This document shows, piece by piece, positions 58,260 through 64,000 of a DNA stretch of 64,000 nucleotides. This stretch comes from an uncultured Gemmatimonadales bacterium (GTDB taxonomy: Bacteria; Gemmatimonadota; Gemmatimonadetes; Longimicrobiales; Longimicrobiaceae), in contig OY970303.1 of assembly GCA_963716255.1 (NCBI GenBank), positions 3,936,001-4,000,000 on the forward strand, in the 5' to 3' direction. The notes beneath the pieces are model-generated. The model searched no databases. It was not told the origin of the DNA and saw only the letters and a program-made list of their open reading frames with translations. A program made the translations under genes and the position numbers. Each line of letters begins with the position of its first letter. Position 1 is the stretch's first letter.

Positions 58260-59495
58260 ATGTCGAGCGATTCTCCCGCCGCGTCCGCCGGACCCCTCGC
58301 CGGCCTGCGCGTCCTGGACCTGGGGCGCGTGCTGGCAGCCCCGCTCTGCACCATGATGCTGGGCGACCTGGGGGCGGAGGTGATCAAGGTGGAGCGCCCC
58401 GGCGAGGGCGACGACACACGCACCTGGGGCCCACCCTGGGCGGAGGGGCCGGAGGGGCGGGAGAGCGCGTACTACCTGTGCGCCAACCGCAACAAGCGCT
58501 CGGTGGCGGCGGACCTGAAGACGGAGGCCGGCCGCGCGCTGGTGCGGTGCCTGGCGCTCGAAGCGGACGTGCTGATCGAGAACTTCCTGCCCGGCACGAT
58601 GGAGCGCTGGGGGCTGGGCTACGAGCGCCTGGCGAGCGACAATCCCGGCCTGGTGTTCTGCTCGGTGACGGGCTACGGGCTGGAGGGGCCGGAGGCGGGG
58701 CGCCCCGGCTACGACTTCGCGGTGCAGGCGCGCGCCGGGTGGCTGGCGGTGACCGGCGAGCCGGGGGGGGAGCCCATGAAGGCGGGGATGGCGCTCGCCG
58801 ACGTGCTCACCGGCCACAGCGCGGCGGTGGCGATCCTGGCCGCGCTGCGCGAGCGGGACCGCTCCGGCCGCGGCCAGCACGTGGAGGTGGCGCTCTTCGA
58901 CGCGGCGCTGGCGGGGCTGGTGAACGTGGGCCAGGCCGCGCTGGTGACCGGCCGCGAGCCGCGCCGCTGGGGCAACGCCCACGCGACCATCGTCCCGTAC
59001 CAGGCCTTTCACGCGGCGGACCGCCCGTTCGTCCTCGCCGTGGGCAACGACCCGCAGTGGCGGCGTTGCTGCGCGGCCCTGGGGCTGGACGCGCTGGCGG
59101 ACGATCCCCGCTTCGCGACCAACCCGGCGCGCGTGGAGCACCGCGATGTCCTGGTGGCGACGCTGGAGCAGCGGCTGCGGGAGCGCCCCGCGGCGGAGTG
59201 GCTGGACGCCCTGGAGGCTGCGGGCGTCCCCTGCGCGCCGGTGCAGCCGGTGCGCGACGCGCTGCACGACCCCGCCTTCACGGAGCGCGGCGGCCTGTGG
59301 GAGATGGAGGGGCCCACCTTCGGGCGGACGGCGAGCGTGGGCTCGCCCATGCGCTTCTCGCGCACCCCCGCCGGGCTGCGCCGCCCGCCACCCGCCCTGG
59401 GCGAGCACACCGCCGAGGTGGAGCGGGACGGCTGGGGGCGAGCCACCCCCGCTCCGGCGGCTGGGCGGCCGGATCACACCGCGGGGCGGGCGTGA
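58260..59495 (+). CDS. CaiB/BaiF family III CoA transferase
   Basis: GPLAGLRVLDL, DLGAEVIKVE, NRNKRS, ENFLPG, PGYD. Confidence 0.92.
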   Translation: MSSDSPAASAGPLAGLRVLDLGRVLAAPLCTMMLGDLGAEVIKVERPGEGDDTRTWGPPWAEGPEGRESAYYLCANRNKRSVAADLKTEAGRALVRCLALEADVLIENFLPGTMERWGLGYERLASDNPGLVFCSVTGYGLEGPEAGRPGYDFAVQARAGWLAVTGEPGGEPMKAGMALADVLTGHSAAVAILAALRERDRSGRGQHVEVALFDAALAGLVNVGQAALVTGREPRRWGNAHATIVPYQAFHAADRPFVLAVGNDPQWRRCCAALGLDALADDPRFATNPARVEHRDVLVATLEQRLRERPAAEWLDALEAAGVPCAPVQPVRDALHDPAFTERGGLWEMEGPTFGRTASVGSPMRFSRTPAGLRRPPPALGEHTAEVERDGWGRATPAPAAGRPDHTAGRA

Positions 59496-59496
59496 T

Positions 59497-60456
59497 CTAC
59501 GCCCCGGCGGCCGTAGCCGGCCTGCGCCTCCGCCGCGCCGCGCCGGCCAGGCCCGCCAGGCCGCTGCCGAGCAGCAGCACGGTGGCCGGCTCCGGGACCG
59601 GGGCCACGGCCGTCATGTCGTAGGAGTCGTTGAACGTCATGCTGGCCACGCCCTGGGGCACGGCCAGCGAGGTGGAAAAGACTTCCGTGGCCGACAGCAC
59701 GAACCGGCCGGCGGAGTCGGAGACGAAGCTCCTGTACAGCATCTGCTCGATCGCAGAGTCGGACAGTCCCAGCGCGTCGTTGCTCACGAAGTCGATGCTC
59801 AACGCGCCGCCGGAGGTCCAGATGCTCAGGGCGAAGAGCGATTCCAGCCCGGCGACGTCGCTCCGCAGGTCCGTGAACAGCGAGGCGAACCCTTCGCCGC
59901 TCGCCTCGAGCACGAGCTGCTCGAACAGGAAGGACATCTCGATCATCTCACCGGAAACGATCTCCTCGTAGGTCAGGGGGTCTTTTTGGCTGGCCGATGC
60001 CTCCGCGTCGGTGGTCGCCGACGCCTCCGCCAGGACCTTCGCCTCCCAGATCGCCCGGAGCCCGTTCACGATGGGAGGATTGCCCTTCGAAATGGGCTCT
60101 CCGGTGACCTTGCCCTCGGATGAGGCTTTCGCGCCGCCCATTTCCGCCTCCAGCGGACCATCCGAGACGCTTCCACCGCTCGCCGGAGGAGGATCGACGG
60201 TCAGGATCCGCCCTACGACGGGGGCAGGGTCCTGCTTGTTGGCCCCCGCCCTGGAGAGCAGGTCCACGCTGGCGTCCTTGTTCGCCTTCACCACCGCCGT
60301 GGCCGTCGTCGGGCCGATCTTGCGGCTGGCCTTTCCTTGCCCGGCTCCCCTGGAGACCGATTGCGCCTCCAGCGAACCCACCTGCGGAAGGGAGAAAAGT
60401 GCAAGGACGAATACGAGCACGCCGCTTCTCGTGCGTGCGGAGGAGAGCCATCGCAT
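59497..60456 (-). CDS. PEP-CTERM sorting domain protein
   Basis: N-terminal signal; C-terminal VPEPATVLLLGSGLAGLAGAARRRRR. Confidence 0.88.
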   Translation of the reverse strand: MRWLSSARTRSGVLVFVLALFSLPQVGSLEAQSVSRGAGQGKASRKIGPTTATAVVKANKDASVDLLSRAGANKQDPAPVVGRILTVDPPPASGGSVSDGPLEAEMGGAKASSEGKVTGEPISKGNPPIVNGLRAIWEAKVLAEASATTDAEASASQKDPLTYEEIVSGEMIEMSFLFEQLVLEASGEGFASLFTDLRSDVAGLESLFALSIWTSGGALSIDFVSNDALGLSDSAIEQMLYRSFVSDSAGRFVLSATEVFSTSLAVPQGVASMTFNDSYDMTAVAPVPEPATVLLLGSGLAGLAGAARRRRRPATAAGA

Positions 60457-60700
60457 CGTTCACCTCCTGAAGGAGTGTTGCAAAACGAGCGTCCTTCGGC
60501 TTCTTTGGGGGTACCTGCAGGGCAGACCGGCTTCCAGTTCGCTCTGGCTTTTGCTCCTCGTCTGAGGGTTGGAGGGAGCGGGCGATGGCTCGACCGCGGC
60601 ATCGCCAGCAATCAGGATTGATAACGAGGGAACTTGTGTGGGCAAGGATCACGTGGCCCGGGAACGCCCCGGTCCGTCCCGCCCTAACCCGGCGATACAC

Positions 60701-60738
60701 GAAAAGAGACCGGGGCACCCGAAATGGATGCCCCGGTC
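60701..60738 (-). terminator. Terminator after csp
   Basis: GACCGGGGCA stem with CTTTT tail on the minus strand. Confidence 0.7.
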
Positions 60739-60767
60739 CCGCGCAAACCGTGATGTGGGCTTGCTTC

Positions 60768-60977
60768 TCAAGCCATGCGGACGACGTTCTCGGCGGCCGG
60801 GCCCTTCTCGCCGTCGACCATGTCGAACTCGACCCGCTCACCCTCGGTGAGCGAGCGGAAGCCCTCCGCCTTGATGGCGGAGAAGTGGACGAAGCAGTCG
60901 CGGTTGCCGTCTTCCGGCGTGATGAAGCCGAAGCCCTTGGCGTCGTTGAACCACTTCACGGTTCCGATGGTGCGCAT
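60768..60977 (-). CDS. Cold-shock protein (CspA family)
   Basis: [30 protein letters not shown]. Confidence 0.95.
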   Translation of the reverse strand: MRTIGTVKWFNDAKGFGFITPEDGNRDCFVHFSAIKAEGFRSLTEGERVEFDMVDGEKGPAAENVVRMA

Positions 60978-61080
60978 TGCGGTACTCCTGGTGGGTTGAA
61001 TGTGTCGGGGACCGGCAAAACCCCACCAGCCGACCGACGAACTTCGCCGCGCGGCGCGCGGCCCTGCGGGAATCGCGCTG

Positions 61081-61290
61081 TTACAACTGCCCCGCGCGGC
61101 GGGCGACCCTGAGATCCTTCTGGCGGCGCCGGAGAGCGGCCTTGGACTTGACCTTGCGGGCTTCGCTCGGCTTTTCGTAGAAGCGCTTGCGGCGCATGTC
61201 CTTGAAGAGCCCGGAGCGGAGCATGCGGCGGCGGAACTGCTTGAGCGCCCAGTCCAGGCGATCGTTCTCACCGAGCTGAATCTCGACCAA
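61081..61290 (-). CDS. rpsU: 30S ribosomal protein bS21
   Basis: ALKQFRR...G...[22 protein letters not shown] start. Confidence 0.9.
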   Translation of the reverse strand: MVEIQLGENDRLDWALKQFRRRMLRSGLFKDMRRKRFYEKPSEARKVKSKAALRRRQKDLRVARRAGQL

Positions 61291-61426
61291 CGACGCCTCC
61301 AGGCTGGATTCCGGTGCGGAGAAGGGGACAGCTTGAAACGAGGAACCCGGGTACGGGAGCACCCGGGTCGTTGCGTGGGCATCACGAAGCGAGAACTGGC
61401 GGAGTTTCCACTCGACGCAGGAGGCC

Positions 61427-61455
61427 AAAATAATCGGCTCCCCCCTGCTCGTCAA
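61427..61455 (-). promoter_or_regulatory. Putative promoter for rpsU-csp
   Basis: TTGACG-17-TATTTT. Confidence 0.65.
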
Positions 61456-61522
61456 CTCTCTCGTGAAAGCTCCTCCTCCTCGCCCACCGCGGGCTCCGGT
61501 GGAGTCCGCCTTCGCGCCCGGC

Positions 61523-61560
61523 AAAAGCCGAGGCCGCATCCCTCGGGATGCGGCCTCGGT
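61523..61560 (-). terminator. Terminator after the tailed HU gene
   Basis: CCGAGGCCGCATCCC perfect stem with TTTT tail on the minus strand. Confidence 0.8.
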
Positions 61561-61588
61561 CCTCGCCGGCGCCCGCCGCCCGTGCCCG

Positions 61589-62158
61589 CTACTTCTTCGC
61601 GGACTTCGTGCCGCCGGTCTTGGCGGCGCCCTTGGTGGCGCCCTTGGTGGCGCCCTTGGTGGCGCCCTTGGTGGCCGAGCCGGCGCTCTTGGCGGCGCCG
61701 CTGCCGGCGCCGGCCGACTTGGCCGGGGTGGAGGACTTCTTCGCGGTGCTCTTGGTGGCCGCGGCAGCGCCCGACGAGGAAGCGGAGGGCGACTTGGTGG
61801 CTCCGCCGGCCGCCTTGCGCGCCGAGCCCGCCGTGCGGCTCTTTGCCGTGGCTCCCGCCCCGCCCCCTGCGCTCCCGGACATGGTGTCCTTGAACCCCTT
61901 GCCGGGCGAGAAGCTCACGGTGGTGCGCTCCGGAATCTGGATCACCGTGCCCGTGCGGGGGTTGCGCCCCTCGCGCGCCGCCCGGGTCTTGCTGCTGAAC
62001 TTGCCGAACCCGGGGATGGAAAGGCTACCGGCCGTGCGTACCGCCTCCGAGATGGCCCCGCCCGCCGTGTCGAAGATCGCATCCACCACGCGCGCTGCGG
62101 CCGCCTTGCTCATCTCGGCTCTCTCGGCTACCAGCTCGATGAATTGCGATTTTTTCAT
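61589..62158 (-). CDS. HU family protein with ~95-aa Lys/Ala/Gly/Ser/Thr-rich C-terminal tail
   Basis: MKKSQFIE...IPGFGKF...GRNPRTG, then a low-complexity tail with ATKG x4; GGAGG RBS. Confidence 0.9.
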   Translation of the reverse strand: MKKSQFIELVAERAEMSKAAAARVVDAIFDTAGGAISEAVRTAGSLSIPGFGKFSSKTRAAREGRNPRTGTVIQIPERTTVSFSPGKGFKDTMSGSAGGGAGATAKSRTAGSARKAAGGATKSPSASSSGAAAATKSTAKKSSTPAKSAGAGSGAAKSAGSATKGATKGATKGATKGAAKTGGTKSAKK

Positions 62159-62385
62159 GATGGGCCTCCCGGGGGCGGTGGGTGAAGCGGTGTTTCCGCC
62201 TCGCCCGAAGACAGATGCAATCTCGGTTCCACTTTTCCGCGCCATCACTGGATTCCCGCGGGGTGGCGCCGTCCACGTCCCACCCGAAAGTGCAGGAGCC
62301 GCCCCGATTTCCGCGGGGCGGCTCCTGTTCGTGCTTTCGTAAACTGTTGCTGCACGCTGATTTACGATGTTTTGGCGCGGCCTGG

Positions 62386-63372
62386 TCAGCGGCGGTTGAA
62401 GCCGGTGCGGAAGGAGTCCATCACCTTGCGGGCTCCCTCCGCGGCCTGCCCCATGGTCTCGCCGAAGGTTTCGCGGGCGCTGTCGCGGTAGGCGCGCGCC
62501 GCCTCGGCGAGGTCGTCGCGGTACGAGGCCTCGGGCTCGCCGCGCCGCCGGTACTCGCCGCGCAGGATGCGGTCGTAGTCGCCGCTCTCGAACCAGCTGC
62601 GCATCTCGGCCACGCGGATGACGGGGAAAGGGTGCGTCAGGTCCAGCGTGTTGAGCACCTTGAACACCTGGTCCACCAGGTCGCCCTGCTGCCGGTAGTC
62701 GTCGGCCTGGCGGATGAACTCGGGGAGGTTGGTCTGCCCGTCGCGCCCGCCGCCGGCGAACTTGAGCATGGTGTTCATGGCGGCGTCGGGGTCCTGGACG
62801 GCCAGCAGCCCGGCGCGGTCGCACGACAGCTCGGCCTTGCGGTACCACTCCATGAGCGCGGCGAGCACCGCGCGCGCCGCCAGCCCCACGATGGGAAAGC
62901 CCATGTTGGCGAGCTGGAGGAGGATGTACATCATGGTGCGGTACAGCGCGTGCCCGCTCATGACGTGCCCCAGCTCGTGCCCCAGGATGAAGACGAGCTC
63001 GCGCTCGCTCAGCAGCGCCAGCGTCCCCGAGTTGACGGTGATGAAGGGCTTCTCCATCCCCCAGGCGCCGGCGTTGACCATGGGGGTCTGCGTCACGTAC
63101 AGCGGGTACTCGGCCGGGGCGTCCAGGACGCGCGCGGCCTCCTGGTAGAGGCGGTGGACTTCCGGGAACTGGGTGGGGGAGACGCGTACGGCGTTGGCCT
63201 GGAAGGCCAGCCGGATGGGGCGCTCCCCGAAGAAGCCGAAGACCTTCCTGAGCACCTCGTCGAAGCCGGGGACGCGGCGCAGGGCGTTCAGCGCGGCGCG
63301 GTCGGCCGGGTGTTCCCAGCTGCACGAATCGATGTCGGTGAGCACCCGCGGGGTGCGGCTCAGCTCGTTCAT
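62386..63372 (-). CDS. M48 family zinc metallopeptidase
   Basis: WEHPAD, NAGA, HELGH, ELSCDR, THP. Confidence 0.9.
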   Translation of the reverse strand: MNELSRTPRVLTDIDSCSWEHPADRAALNALRRVPGFDEVLRKVFGFFGERPIRLAFQANAVRVSPTQFPEVHRLYQEAARVLDAPAEYPLYVTQTPMVNAGAWGMEKPFITVNSGTLALLSERELVFILGHELGHVMSGHALYRTMMYILLQLANMGFPIVGLAARAVLAALMEWYRKAELSCDRAGLLAVQDPDAAMNTMLKFAGGGRDGQTNLPEFIRQADDYRQQGDLVDQVFKVLNTLDLTHPFPVIRVAEMRSWFESGDYDRILRGEYRRRGEPEASYRDDLAEAARAYRDSARETFGETMGQAAEGARKVMDSFRTGFNRR

Positions 63373-63651
63373 GGGACTCCTGGAGGGGTGAGGGGCGCCC
63401 CCGCCGTGGGGCGGCGCAGGGGGCACTACGGGCGTCCCCGGCGCCCGGTTTCGGCGGGCGCGCGCACCCGGCAATAGTGCGGCGGCGCGGCCCCGGGGGC
63501 AAGCGCAGCCCGGGCTCGGGCCTGTCGCAGGCGGAACTTTCGACTTAGCTTGCCGGTATCGTTCGTGTGCCGTCCGCCCCGCCGGACGCCGCACGGATCC
63601 CCAGCCGGTCTGTCCGCGGTCCCGCTTTCCTTTTCCAAACCGGAGACATCC

Positions 63652-64000
63652 ATGCGCCATCGGATCTCGGCACTCTTCGCGGCCCTCCTGGCTCTCGCGT
63701 TCGTCGCGCCCGCTCCGGGCAGCGCACAGGGCGCCGCCGCGCTGAACGGCACCTTCACGTACAACGCCGCCGCCAGCGACAACATCAACGCGGCGATCAA
63801 CGCGACGGTGCGGGACATGAACTTCGCGCTGCGGCCCATCGCGCGCGGGCGCCTGCGGAAGACGAACCAGCCGTACCAGCGGCTCCAGATCTCCCACACG
63901 CCGCAGCAGGTGTCCGTCATCACCGACACCCGCCGCCCCATCGTGTCGCCGGCCAACGGGACGCCCGTGGACTGGACGCGCGAGGACGGCGAGAAGCTGA
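63652..64000 (+). CDS. Secreted hypothetical protein, 3' truncated
   Basis: GGAG RBS; signal peptide MRHRISALFAALLALAFVAPAPGSAQ; frame open to the window end. Confidence 0.7.
   Translation, partial: MRHRISALFAALLALAFVAPAPGSAQGAAALNGTFTYNAAASDNINAAINATVRDMNFALRPIARGRLRKTNQPYQRLQISHTPQQVSVITDTRRPIVSPANGTPVDWTREDGEKL

Overview
High-GC bacterial chromosomal window. The gene content (PEP-CTERM protein, TonB receptor, ECF sigma with Ser/Thr kinase) suggests a diderm organism, possibly Gemmatimonadota; this is inference. It holds about 50 protein genes: an ATP-grasp/GCS2/C26 peptide-ligase cluster, a LysR-AKR-AKR-RibD block, a monomeric PheRS-like ligase, an ECF sigma with a TPR kinase, a LytS/LytS/LytR system, topoisomerase IB, a cNMP-AspA fusion, PabB-PabC, an ArsR with a TonB receptor, leuS, serABC-like genes, two HU paralogs, csp and rpsU. 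It also holds two intact IS elements (IS630, IS5) and a 19-gene tRNA array with promoters. Two things stand out. First, two families of dispersed structured extragenic repeats (6 plus 3 full copies) show clear compensatory covariation, share one GAGCC-stem-ACWGC loop-stem-GTCTC hairpin module (15 copies in total), and nearly always lie just 3' of stop codons in the gene's own orientation. Second, a complete leader-peptide transcription attenuator with a single Phe codon lies upstream of the single-chain PheRS-like paralog. Other points of interest are two pseudo-enzymes (a LytS lacking the phospho-His, a DEAD-box protein lacking catalytic motifs), an orphan Tat-signal ORF, and a CmtR-type sensor placed before an outer-membrane transporter. 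All calls were made by eye; no database searches were run.
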